Part shown: positions 1 through 8,977 of the stretch, piece after piece
How the letters are laid out: each line of letters begins with the position of its first letter
Numbering within the stretch: the stretch's first letter is position 1
NCBI GenBank assembly: GCA_963796685.1
Contig: CAWCMR010000006.1
Span: 1-64,000, forward strand
Length of the DNA stretch: 64,000 nt
Direction of reading: 5' to 3'
Origin: an uncultured delta proteobacterium
GTDB taxonomy: Bacteria > Myxococcota_A > Polyangia > Fen-1088
The notes under the pieces: model-generated
The model's database searches: none
What the model was told of the DNA's origin: nothing
Seen by the model: the letters and a program-made list of their open reading frames with translations, nothing else
Position numbers and translations under genes: made by a program

Positions 1-109
1 CCGTGCGCACTTCGTCTCCACCTCACCCGAAACTCATGCCGCCCACATCTCCGTCGGCGACGTGCGTCGCACCTACGAGATCTCCCCTTACGAAGATGTC
101 AGGAGAGCC
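1..109 (-). mobile_element. End of an ISL3-family IS (second copy), cut by the window edge
   Basis: 1-109 is identical to 47201-47309 and ends in the terminal IR GAAGATGTCAGGAGAGCC. Confidence 0.95.
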
Positions 110-238
110 TGAATTGTCTGCCCCTGAGCTGGCGTCCCTAGCGGCGGCAGGAAGGCCACTGTCTACCTGCGAGCCACTGCCGCAACCCGCAGATGCCACG
201 ACGAACACAAGAAGTACCACACGTCGAATTGCTCGCAT
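110..238 (-). pseudogene. 5' part of an integron-cassette lipoprotein gene, interrupted by ISL3
   Basis: AAGGAG RBS, ATG at 238, signal peptide/lipobox MRAIRRVVLLVFVVASAGC. The frame runs into the IS at 109. Lies just past the attC R' box. Confidence 0.75.
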
Positions 239-331
239 TGATGGACGCTCCTTTTGAGGCGGATCCGTTCTGATCGCGAGGAGTCTGCGGTCTGAGAGAC
301 TCCAGCGAGGGTTCCTTTTGCATTCATGCCT

Positions 332-402
332 GCCCAACGCTATGGCGTTCACCTGCGGGCGGCCGTCCGCGGCCGACCGTCAGGTGCAACGCCTTGTTCG
401 AC
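332..402 (-). other. Integron attC site (71 bp)
   Basis: Minus strand reads GTCGAAC-AAGGC-GTTGCACCTGACGG...CCGCAGGTGAAC-GCCATAGC-GTTGGGC: R''/L''/L'/R' boxes in an imperfect palindrome, starting 12 bp after the cassette stop codon. Confidence 0.9.
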
Positions 403-413
403 GTCGGAAACGG

Positions 414-1202
414 TCACTGATTCGCAACCTCTGCGTTTTGTGGGCCGTCACTGACGGGTGACTGGTCTATCTGGCTCACGTTGGCGTCGGGACACGGCAT
501 GCAGAGCGCTGTTCCCAGAGAGCGAATGCGACAGATCCAGGTGCCACCCTCGCAGCTACAGTTGAAAGCGTCCGTTGGCCCGCTACCGGGTCCACAGACA
601 CAAGGGACGCTTGCGAGTGTCGAGCATGCGGGGGTATCAGCTGCGCACGCCCCGTACGGAAGCGCGATGTCGATATTGGGCGCCATGGACCCGGGCCACG
701 CAGAGTCACCGCATGCTGCGGCGCAGGCTGTGGGTGCCGGTGGCGTATCATTGGGAAGGACTGAAAAGACGGACGTCGGCCCATAGTAGGGTGACGGTCC
801 TCGACATACGATCGGTCCGTCGACCCCAACGTCTTGCTCGTCGATGCCGATGTCATTGGCCCGGTCCACTGCCAGATCCACGCCGGCGTCGGGCATCGGA
901 CATGCACCGAAAGCAGAGAACGGCTCAGGGGCGTAATCACAGCGAGAAATGGTTTGTCCCTGGCAACCGCACACAGCTCGATAGCAAGCGTCCTGCTCAC
1001 TTGATCCACAGACTGGTGTTGCGGCAGCACCACAACCCGGCGATTCATAGCGAAGGACCTGCCCAGCTGGACATGGGCCGCCGTCCGAATTCCCCCCCGA
1101 CGATCCACAGGCCGACAAAAAGAGCGCCGACGCAAACGAAACCGTGATCGCAATGTCGCGTTTGGAGTGCGCTTTTTCGCAGAAGACTAGGGTCTTTGTC
1201 AT
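414..1202 (-). CDS. Integron cassette gene: Cys-rich putative lipoprotein
   Basis: Lipobox-like ALFLSAC, many Cys, DAG linkers. Bounded by GTTCGAC at 1308-1302 and by the attC. Confidence 0.8.
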   Translation of the reverse strand: MTKTLVFCEKAHSKRDIAITVSFASALFLSACGSSGGNSDGGPCPAGQVLRYESPGCGAAATPVCGSSEQDACYRAVCGCQGQTISRCDYAPEPFSAFGACPMPDAGVDLAVDRANDIGIDEQDVGVDGPIVCRGPSPYYGPTSVFSVLPNDTPPAPTACAAACGDSAWPGSMAPNIDIALPYGACAADTPACSTLASVPCVCGPGSGPTDAFNCSCEGGTWICRIRSLGTALCMPCPDANVSQIDQSPVSDGPQNAEVANQ

Positions 1203-1301
1203 AAGTAAGCCAACGTAGCAAGTGGTGTGCCGTAGATGCGTAGAAATTTCAAGGTCCCCTTGCGTATCGCCGTGTCATTAGCGCCCTACCTGGCGTCGTC
1301 C

Positions 1302-1340
1302 GTCGAACTCATATTCTACGCCGAAAGATGTCCGTTATTT
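1302..1340 (-). other. Putative attI / first-cassette junction
   Basis: Minus strand GGCGTAGAATATGA-GTTCGAC. This GTTCGAC is the exact complement of the cassette's attC R'' box (GTCGAAC), as expected for an integrated circular cassette. No attC palindrome upstream. Confidence 0.65.
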
Positions 1341-1514
1341 TTGCGATGTTCTCGGGGTTGGGTGGCGGGGGGCAAGGCGGAAGCTCTCATGATTTCAGGG
1401 TGTTGGCCAGCGGGGCCGGCAAGCGCGGAGGTCGTGGTGGGGACGAAGGGCAGTCGGAATAAAATGGGATGGACGTCGAATAAACCGATAAGACTTCGCG
1501 CCGCGGGGGACCGG

Positions 1515-2561
1515 TCAGCGGTCCAGGGGGCTGCGGACGCCGCCGGGGCCGCGGTTGAGCGCGCAGGTGTAGACCATGGTCGTACTGACATCTTTGTGGC
1601 CCAGCAGTTCCTGGATGGTGCGGATGTCGTAACCGTCTTCCAGCATGTGGGTCGCGAAGGAATGTCTGAGGGTGTACGGGGTAACGGGCTTCTGAATGTT
1701 CGCGGCCGCGGCGGCTCGACGGATGGCGCGTTGAAGGACGGCTTCGTGCAGGTGGTGGCGGCGAACTTCCTGACTCGCTGGATCGGTGTGCGTTCGGGGC
1801 GCGGGAAAGACCCACTGCAACGTCCATGCGTAGGGGGCATTGGGAGCTCTGCGGTCGAGGGCGCCGGGCAGGGCGACAGCGCCTGCACCCAGGCTGAGGT
1901 CTTCCTGGTGCTGGATCTTGACGGTCGCCAAGTGCGAACGCAGTCGCTGGACAAGGACGCCGGGTAGGACTGTTCGGCGCTCTCTTTGACTCTTGCTTCC
2001 ACGAACGATGATCTCCCGGCGATCGAAGTCGATGTCCCTCCCGCGCAGTTGCAGCGTCTCGAGCAGGCGCAAGCCACTGCCGTATATCAGCGCACAGACC
2101 AACCAGACCGGGCCTTGAACATGGGCCAGGAGGTCGCGTGCCTCGTCCCGACCGAGCACGACCGGGACAAGCACCGGTCGCTTGGCGCGTACCAGGTTGC
2201 CCCGCCATTCGAGTCGGCGACCAAGCACCTGCTGAAACAGAAACAGCAGCGCGGCCAAGGCTTGGTTCTGGGTCCCAGCGCCGACCTTGGCCTCGCTGGC
2301 AAGGTGGGAGAGAAAGCTGCCGATGTCGGCCTCGGACATGGTTTCAGGATGGCGCTTGCCGTGAAACAGGATGAACCGGCGAATCCACGCGACGTATGTC
2401 TTTTCGGTACGCGGGCTGTAGTGCCGGGCGCGCAGCCCGGCGCGCACGCGGTCGAGCAAGCGCGGCGGCCCGGCCGAATTCTGGCCAGCATGGCCGGTTT
2501 CCGGCCGTACGAGCGGAATGATCGTGGCACCGTGGCTGAAATCTCGGTCGTTGGGATTCAT
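1515..2561 (-). CDS. intI: Integron integrase (tyrosine recombinase)
   Basis: [45 protein letters not shown], integron-specific insert ([12 protein letters not shown]...WQWVFP-like, RRHHLHE), [31 protein letters not shown]. Start codon uncertain. Confidence 0.93.
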   Translation of the reverse strand: MNPNDRDFSHGATIIPLVRPETGHAGQNSAGPPRLLDRVRAGLRARHYSPRTEKTYVAWIRRFILFHGKRHPETMSEADIGSFLSHLASEAKVGAGTQNQALAALLFLFQQVLGRRLEWRGNLVRAKRPVLVPVVLGRDEARDLLAHVQGPVWLVCALIYGSGLRLLETLQLRGRDIDFDRREIIVRGSKSQRERRTVLPGVLVQRLRSHLATVKIQHQEDLSLGAGAVALPGALDRRAPNAPYAWTLQWVFPAPRTHTDPASQEVRRHHLHEAVLQRAIRRAAAAANIQKPVTPYTLRHSFATHMLEDGYDIRTIQELLGHKDVSTTMVYTCALNRGPGGVRSPLDR

Positions 2562-2770
2562 AGACCGATGACACTGCGAAGACCGTGCCGGAACCAATCG
2601 GTGCGTGTGCTGACCAAGGCGGTCGGCGCCTGATAGGTGACACTCCCCTCCGGTTCTCTCTCCCGCGACGCTCAGCTTGGAAAAGTGCAAATAGCATAGT
2701 GATTGCAGTGGCTTGTCTGACTCCAAAGACGCAAAATCTGCGGCGAGACGTATCAAAGACAGAAACGGGT

Positions 2771-3046
2771 ATGATGACGTGGACCATGGAACGCGGGACG
2801 ACCGATACAGATAGCGCCATCGAGGCGATGCGCATCGCTGGGTTTCGGCAAATGACACCGGCCCAGAAGCTCGCGCTCACGGGTGCCTTGACTCACAATA
2901 TTCGCCAGCTTGCGCTCGCCGGAATTCGGCTGCGTCACCCTGGTATCGACGAGCGCGAAGCGATGCTGAGGCTCGCAGCGATGAGTATCGATCGCGCGAC
3001 CATGGTGCATGCCTTTGGCTGGGATCCCGAAAACGTCACATCCTGA
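2771..3046 (+). CDS. Small helical protein, putative antitoxin partner of the downstream nucleotidyltransferase
   Basis: [12 protein letters not shown]...AGIRLRHP pattern; 6 bp from the next gene. Confidence 0.65.
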   Translation: MMTWTMERGTTDTDSAIEAMRIAGFRQMTPAQKLALTGALTHNIRQLALAGIRLRHPGIDEREAMLRLAAMSIDRATMVHAFGWDPENVTS

Positions 3047-3052
3047 TTGGCA

Positions 3053-3628
3053 ATGGGAATCACCGAGCCCATTGAGGTAACCCTCGCCGTGACCACCGTT
3101 TTGGAGCGCCTGGAGATTGAGTACGTCGTGGGTGGCTCGCTGGCAACTTCGTTGCACGGTATTCCACGCGCGACACTCGATGCGGATATCGTTGCAGATC
3201 TTCGGATGGCTCACATCGATCCCTTCGTCGCGGCACTCAAGGCGTCCTTCTTCATCGACGCGGACATGGTTAGAGACGCAATCCGACGGCGCTCCACCTT
3301 CAACATCCTCCACCTGGCGACCATGTTCAAAGTGGACGTGTTCGTCACCGGAGCGGACGAGCTGTTGTCGATTGAGCTCTCCCGCAAACGACGGGTTCGC
3401 GTTTTGGAAGAAACACAGGCCGAGCTATTTGTGGCAAGTCCAGAGGACATGGTGTTGCAGAAGCTCATGTGGTACCGCGACGGCGGCGGTGTCTCGGATC
3501 GGCAGTGGGGCGATGTGCTCGGTGTGATCAAGACTCAAGGGAATCGATTGGACATGGCCTATCTCCGCCTGTGGGCAGGTCGCAAGGGGATCGGCGAGCT
3601 ATTGGAGCGCGCCTTGGCCGAGACCTGA
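3053..3628 (+). CDS. Pol-beta-superfamily nucleotidyltransferase (DUF6036/AbiEii-like)
   Basis: YVVGGSLA..HG.PRATLDADIV, KVDVF, SPEDMVLQKL.W, QWGDV, LDMAYLRLWA. Confidence 0.8.
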   Translation: MGITEPIEVTLAVTTVLERLEIEYVVGGSLATSLHGIPRATLDADIVADLRMAHIDPFVAALKASFFIDADMVRDAIRRRSTFNILHLATMFKVDVFVTGADELLSIELSRKRRVRVLEETQAELFVASPEDMVLQKLMWYRDGGGVSDRQWGDVLGVIKTQGNRLDMAYLRLWAGRKGIGELLERALAET

Positions 3629-3718
3629 CCAGAGAATGGCCGAGCCTCGGTCGGGGTTTGTGCCACTGTACATGGGTGGGGTTGCCCCCTGGCAGACCCT
3701 TGGACCGAAGAGAACGAC

Positions 3719-4366
3719 ATGGTGATGACAAGGAAGGCTCCTCCCGCGTTGAAGAAATCGAGCCTGTACGTGTGGCTTGCCGGGGTTTGTTCCCTGGCGT
3801 GCGTGGTGGGCGCATGCCGGGCGTCCACTGGGTCGGGAGGAACGGGCGGCAAGGACGCTGCTTCCGTCGCTGACGTGGCACTGGTCATGGGCGGCGCGAC
3901 GGGGGCGGGGGGCACGGCTTCGACGGGCGGCGCGACGGGGACGGGCGCCGCGGCTTCGACGGCGGGTGCATCCGGCGCGGGGACAACGGGCGCCGCGGGG
4001 GGAACGGCAGGGGCGGGCGGTATGGGCTCGGGGGGTGTTGCCACGGGTGGCGCGAACGGAAAGGGGGGCGCGGCGGTCGGCGGCGCGACAGCAAGCGGGG
4101 GCACGGTGGCCACGACTGGTGGCGTGACCGGCTCGGGCGGCGGCGGGGCAGGCGCGGTGACCGGCGCGGGCGGTGTGGCCGGCAGGGGCGGCGTGGCCGG
4201 CACGGGCGGCGTGGCGGGCACGGGCGGTGTGGTGGGCACGGGCGGCGGCTTGGGCACGGGTGGTTCTTCCACCGGGCTGCCCAGCGCGGCGGACATTCTC
4301 GCCATCTTGAAGAAGGTGATCCCATACGAGACCCGGCTCGGACCGGAAGATCCGAGCTGTACCTGA
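3719..4366 (+). CDS. Gly/Thr/Ala-rich lipoprotein, probably C-terminally truncated
   Basis: Signal peptide plus Cys, a long GG(T/A)G linker, then only ~30 aa of folded-looking sequence before the stop. Confidence 0.55.
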   Translation: MVMTRKAPPALKKSSLYVWLAGVCSLACVVGACRASTGSGGTGGKDAASVADVALVMGGATGAGGTASTGGATGTGAAASTAGASGAGTTGAAGGTAGAGGMGSGGVATGGANGKGGAAVGGATASGGTVATTGGVTGSGGGGAGAVTGAGGVAGRGGVAGTGGVAGTGGVVGTGGGLGTGGSSTGLPSAADILAILKKVIPYETRLGPEDPSCT

Positions 4367-4386
4367 TGGTGAAGTAGCCGCCCCGA

Positions 4387-7149
4387 CTACTGCACCGCGG
4401 GCAGCCCGCTCAGCTGCAGGATCACGCCGCCGGCGCTGGCGGCGTTGTCGGCGTCCACCACCAGGTAGTAGTTGCCCGCCGCCAGGCCCTTGAGCACGTA
4501 ACTGCCCGTGGTGGCGTTCGCGGTGGCCTTGCAATCGATGAGCGCGTTGGCTTCGCAGGGGACTTGGGCGTTGTCACCCTGGTAGAGCACCAGGGCGTGG
4601 TTGCCGACCTGGGCCCAGGCGATGGTGAGGTCGGTCATGCCGGGCAGGGTGAAGCCGACGACGGCATCCTCGCCGCCGGATGCGGACACGCACGCGCTGG
4701 TGTGCTGGTCGTCGCCCGCGCCCGCGGTTTGGACCGTGGCGGAAACCGTGGTGCCGTCGAGGGCCAGCAGGCCGAGCTTCTTGTCCGGCCGGCAGTGCTG
4801 GGAGGCGCAGCTCGGATCGGTGGCGCACTTGCGGTCGTTGCAGTCGATGGCGCCGTCGCCGTCATCGTCGATGCCGTTGTTGCAGATCTCCAAGACCCGC
4901 TCGGACACGCCTTGCAAGGTGAGGTCGACCGTGCCTTCGGTGCCCGCGGAGAAAGCCTGGATCAGAATGAAGTACGAGCCGGGTTGCAGGCTGGGCAAGC
5001 CGAAGTTGCAGCCCGAGGGCAGGACCGACGGGTCGGCGCAGGTCGAGATATTGGCATCGCAGAGATCCAAGGGCCCGAGCTGAGACGACACCTGCAGGAC
5101 CTGGTCGCCGGTCTGCGAGCACGTGAAATCGAGCTCCATGGGGGAGAGCAGGTTGACGTGGTAGGCGCGGCCCCGGCCGTCACCCTTTCCGCAGTCGGTC
5201 CTGTACACTTGGGTGGCGGTGGTCAGATCGGCATGGACGGTCACCTTGGTGCCGATGTCGATGTTGCCCAGATCCCCGTCGGGCATGCACATCGGGGCCC
5301 CGCAGATGGGCAGATTGAAGCAATCGGGATCGTTGCAGTCGACCAACTGGTCGCCGTCGTCGTCGATGCCGTTGTCGCAGATCTCGACGCCGCGATTGGC
5401 GAAGGCGGTCAGGGTGATGGAGATCTTGCCCTCTTTGCCGGAGGCCAGCGCCTTGAAGATGAGCAGGTAGTCGCCTGCCGGGAAGAACGTCCAGTTCGCG
5501 ACGCCTGAAGATTGTCCGCCCATCGTACCGCAGTTCTCGGTTCCGCTGACGCACGCTTGACCTTGGGGCGGCACGGACAAGAGATCGTAGACGTGGTCTC
5601 CGGTCTGCCGCCAGGCCAGGGTCAGGCCCACGGTTTCCTTCACCGAGAAGCGCACGACGGCATCGTTGCCGGTCGAGGTACCCGCGCAACTCGGGTGGTA
5701 ACGATTGCTGGTCAGGGTGGTGTCGAGCGTGGCCGACTTCGATCCGCCGCCCAGCACGATGGTGCCCAGGTTGACGTCGGGGGTGCACAGGTTGCAGGTC
5801 GGGGCGCTGGCGCAGTCCAGGTCCGCGCAGTCGATGGCGCCGTCGCCGTCGTCGTCCTTGCCGTTGTCGCAGATCTCGGTCACGCCGGCCGTGCCGGTCG
5901 ACAGCGTGACCGTGGTCGGGCCGGTGGTACCGGCGAACGACTGCACCACCAGCCAGTAGCTCCCCGGCTGCAGGGCGGTGTAGGTTTGCGTGGCCGTGGC
6001 CTTGTCGCCCACGCGGAGGCAATCGACGGGGTTCGCGTCGCAGGTCTGTCCCACGCCGGCCCGGAACAAGGCCAGCACGTGCGCCGAGCCCGTGGGCTGG
6101 GTGAAATCGACCCGGACGTCGGCCGCGGCGGCCAGGCTGAAGCCCGCCACGCGCGCCACGCCTCCGGGCGGTGCGCAGGTCGCGTAGCTCGCGGTCGCAC
6201 CGACGGTCGAGATAGTGAGGGTCTTGCTGTAGCCGGACGAGGTGATGGCGCCGAAGTCCGCGTCGGGAGAGCAGGCGGCCTGCAAGCACGCCGGGAAGGT
6301 CTTGCACTGCGGGTCCGTGCAATCCACCAGTCCATCGCCGTTGTCGTCCTTGCCGTTGTCGCAGATCTCGTTGCCCGGCGAAACGACGCAGACGGGATCG
6401 TTCGCGCAGTCGGGATCCTTGCAGTCGACCAGCCCATCCTCGTCGTCGTCGAGGTTGTTGTTGCAGATCTCGCGGCCGGGCACCACGCACGCCTTGTCGC
6501 CGAAGCAGGCCGGGTCGCTGCAGTCGATGAGGCCGTTGCCGTCGTCGTCCTTGCCGTTGTCGCACACCTCTTTCTTGCGATCGATGCAGGTCGGATCGTT
6601 CTGGCAGGCCGGGTCGACGCAATCCGCGAGGCCGTTGCAATCGTCGTCGTTGCCGTTGCCGCAGATCTCGCTGGCCAGGCACACCACGACCTCGGCTCCG
6701 CGATCCGACGGCCCATCCAGGCGACCGTCCCGAAGCGAATCCCCGATGCCGTCGCGGGTTCCGTCGCCGCGCAGGTCGGAGGTTACGAGATCCGAGGTGC
6801 GCGCGTCGCCGACGTCCGCTCCGCCGTCACGCAAACTATCCCTGGGCGTGTCCAGGTTGCCGTCGCGCAGGCCATCGCGGAACGCATCCGCGTTGCCGTC
6901 GCGCAGACCATCGGCGAAGCCGCCCGTGTCGCGCGAGCCGTCGGACAAGGCATCACGCTTCGTGGCCGCGTCGGGATTGGTGGACGGCGTGCAGTTGGTG
7001 GCTCCGGGCGGGCAGGTCGTCGTCGTCTTATGCGGGGTCACCATGCGCGAACGGAAACACCCCGCGGGCAGCATCGCGAAGCCCAGCAGCAGCACCAGCA
7101 GCGAACGTGATCGGACGAAAGCCAAGAAAGCCGAGGATGAAGACCGCAT
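4387..7149 (-). CDS. Large Cys/Asp-rich repeat surface lipoprotein
   Basis: Lipobox MLPAGC. Seven E(I/V)C(D/N/G)N..DD.D...DC.D..C repeats alternate with four beta-sandwich-like modules ending in L..G.Y(W/F/L/Y)(L/I). Confidence 0.85.
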   Translation of the reverse strand: MRSSSSAFLAFVRSRSLLVLLLGFAMLPAGCFRSRMVTPHKTTTTCPPGATNCTPSTNPDAATKRDALSDGSRDTGGFADGLRDGNADAFRDGLRDGNLDTPRDSLRDGGADVGDARTSDLVTSDLRGDGTRDGIGDSLRDGRLDGPSDRGAEVVVCLASEICGNGNDDDCNGLADCVDPACQNDPTCIDRKKEVCDNGKDDDGNGLIDCSDPACFGDKACVVPGREICNNNLDDDEDGLVDCKDPDCANDPVCVVSPGNEICDNGKDDNGDGLVDCTDPQCKTFPACLQAACSPDADFGAITSSGYSKTLTISTVGATASYATCAPPGGVARVAGFSLAAAADVRVDFTQPTGSAHVLALFRAGVGQTCDANPVDCLRVGDKATATQTYTALQPGSYWLVVQSFAGTTGPTTVTLSTGTAGVTEICDNGKDDDGDGAIDCADLDCASAPTCNLCTPDVNLGTIVLGGGSKSATLDTTLTSNRYHPSCAGTSTGNDAVVRFSVKETVGLTLAWRQTGDHVYDLLSVPPQGQACVSGTENCGTMGGQSSGVANWTFFPAGDYLLIFKALASGKEGKISITLTAFANRGVEICDNGIDDDGDQLVDCNDPDCFNLPICGAPMCMPDGDLGNIDIGTKVTVHADLTTATQVYRTDCGKGDGRGRAYHVNLLSPMELDFTCSQTGDQVLQVSSQLGPLDLCDANISTCADPSVLPSGCNFGLPSLQPGSYFILIQAFSAGTEGTVDLTLQGVSERVLEICNNGIDDDGDGAIDCNDRKCATDPSCASQHCRPDKKLGLLALDGTTVSATVQTAGAGDDQHTSACVSASGGEDAVVGFTLPGMTDLTIAWAQVGNHALVLYQGDNAQVPCEANALIDCKATANATTGSYVLKGLAAGNYYLVVDADNAASAGGVILQLSGLPAVQ

Positions 7150-7228
7150 GGTTCGAGCCTCCGGCCGCAATCCTCACCGAAAAGCGGCTTTTTGTCACCC
7201 ACGCTGCTGCGTCAGACGAGGTGTGGGC

Positions 7229-8839
7229 TCAACCGCCGGCAGACGGTTCCGGGGTCGTGGCTACTTCCGCGACGGCGGGCGGTTGCTCCACCGGCTGGGG
7301 ATGCTGGTGGCGCAGGATTTCTCGGGCGGCCTCGCGGGCGGCCTGCACCTGGATAAGCTTGCACGCGCCGCAGATCGAGGGTGCGGCCCAGTTGCCCAGG
7401 TGGGTTTGCAGCTGGCTCTCGGGCGGCCAGAAGATCGGGGTTCCGCACTGCATGCAGGGGATCTCCTGGGTCTTGCGATTGGCCAGGAACTCGGCGCAGG
7501 CGGCGCAACGCCGCTCGGGCGGCTGCACCTCGCGCCGCCGCTTGCGCTTGTTCTTCTTGCCCTTGCCGTCGCCGGGCGCCCTTTCCGCCTGGGGCGCCGT
7601 TGGGGCGGCGGCCACCGGTGTTTCGGTCGCGACGGGCTCGCCTTGCGTCGCTTCTTCGGCGACCACCGCGGCAGCCGGCGCTTCCGAGCCAGCGGCGGCG
7701 ACCTCTGTCTGCGGGGCTTCGGCGATCGCCTTCTGCGCCTCGTCCGCCACCACCTCGCCTGGCGCGGGCTCGATCTCTTTCAGCTTGGGCCGCACGCCGG
7801 CGGCGAGCTGCTGCTCCTTGGTCCACGTGAACGTGCCCGGACAGTGTTCGGTCCGGCATGGGATCTCGCGATCTTCCAGATCGCCAAGCTCCTTCTCGCA
7901 GTTTGGACACAGGTGCGGGTAGGGATCGCCGACCTTGCCGCGTACCGCCCGCGCAAGCTGGGCGCCGCGCTTGTCCATCCAGGTCCCCTTGCAGCTCGAC
8001 CGGCGGCAGGGGCGTTCGACGTCCTTGAGCGTGCTCCACAGATCGAAGCAGCGCTGGCACATGTGCGACGGTGCCTTGGGCGGCGTCTTGTCGGCCACGC
8101 AAGCGTCGAGTTGGTCGAAGCGCGACCAGGTCCAGGTGTTCTTGCAGCCCGAGGTGCGGCAGCGGACCTCCCGATCGCCGAGCTTGCCGAAGGACGCGCG
8201 ACAGGCGTCGCACATGCGGCGCGGCGGCTCGTTGGGCTTGCCCGCGGCGAAGGCGACGATCTGGTCGTCCGCCTTCCAAATCCACTTGCGCGAGCAGCCG
8301 TTGATGCCGCAGGCCACCTCGCGATCCTTGATTCGGCGCGAGACCTGCGAGCAGGGCTCGCACATGGTGCCCGTGATGGTCACCGCGCCAGGCTTGACCG
8401 GCTCCGGCTCGGCGTCGGGCTGACCGTGCGCGATGAGCTGCTGCTGCCGGGTCAGCACCGCGGTCCGGGTGCACCCTGGTACCGAGCAGGCGATCTCCTT
8501 GTCCTCGAGCGTGTCGAGGAGCGATTGGCACGCCGTGCACAGGTGCTTGGGCGGGGGACGATCGGCGGCGAAGGCTTCCAGCTGGGCCGCGGCGGTCCAG
8601 GTCCAGGTTCCGGTGCAACCCGGCCGATCGCATCTGCGCTCGACATCGTGCAGGCGACGGGATTTCTCCCGGCACGGTTCGCACATGCCCTCGGTCGAGG
8701 GATCGCCCTCGGACGCCCCTTGTCCGAGCCCGAACGCTTTGCTTGACAGTTGGAGCCATGTCCGCGTGCATCCTGGCACGCGGCAAGGCAAGGACTTGGC
8801 ACCCAACCGATCCGCGAGTGTGAATTTTCCTGCAGCCAT
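7229..8839 (-). CDS. Protein with 8 tandem zinc-ribbon-like repeats (zf-trcl-like)
   Basis: Repeated L.D.E..C....C...W.W....Q...P...C..C units; basic KGKKNKRKRRR patch. Confidence 0.8.
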   Translation of the reverse strand: MAAGKFTLADRLGAKSLPCRVPGCTRTWLQLSSKAFGLGQGASEGDPSTEGMCEPCREKSRRLHDVERRCDRPGCTGTWTWTAAAQLEAFAADRPPPKHLCTACQSLLDTLEDKEIACSVPGCTRTAVLTRQQQLIAHGQPDAEPEPVKPGAVTITGTMCEPCSQVSRRIKDREVACGINGCSRKWIWKADDQIVAFAAGKPNEPPRRMCDACRASFGKLGDREVRCRTSGCKNTWTWSRFDQLDACVADKTPPKAPSHMCQRCFDLWSTLKDVERPCRRSSCKGTWMDKRGAQLARAVRGKVGDPYPHLCPNCEKELGDLEDREIPCRTEHCPGTFTWTKEQQLAAGVRPKLKEIEPAPGEVVADEAQKAIAEAPQTEVAAAGSEAPAAAVVAEEATQGEPVATETPVAAAPTAPQAERAPGDGKGKKNKRKRRREVQPPERRCAACAEFLANRKTQEIPCMQCGTPIFWPPESQLQTHLGNWAAPSICGACKLIQVQAAREAAREILRHQHPQPVEQPPAVAEVATTPEPSAGG

Positions 8840-8977
8840 AGGAAGTTTCGTATGGTGGCAACAACCTTTGCACAAGGCAAGCGGCAATTCCGCCTCGTAG
8901 CGCTAATTGTTGCGCAGCGAAAATACGAGATTTCGTGTTGACGTGGTGAGCTTGCTCTCTATTCTTGGGCGCTCGCC

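Noticed and set aside
3830-4270. GGC-rich region as a DNA repeat element
   Set aside because: Explained by the Gly/Thr/Ala linker codons of a lipoprotein.
2771-4366. Integron cassettes on the canonical (5') side of intI
   Set aside because: No attC-like palindrome seen after these genes.
6242-8746. Long alternative-frame and antisense ORFs (e.g. 6242-8746, 60992-63247, 20289-21752)
   Set aside because: Shadow ORFs of real genes in high-GC DNA; they lack protein-like composition or motifs.
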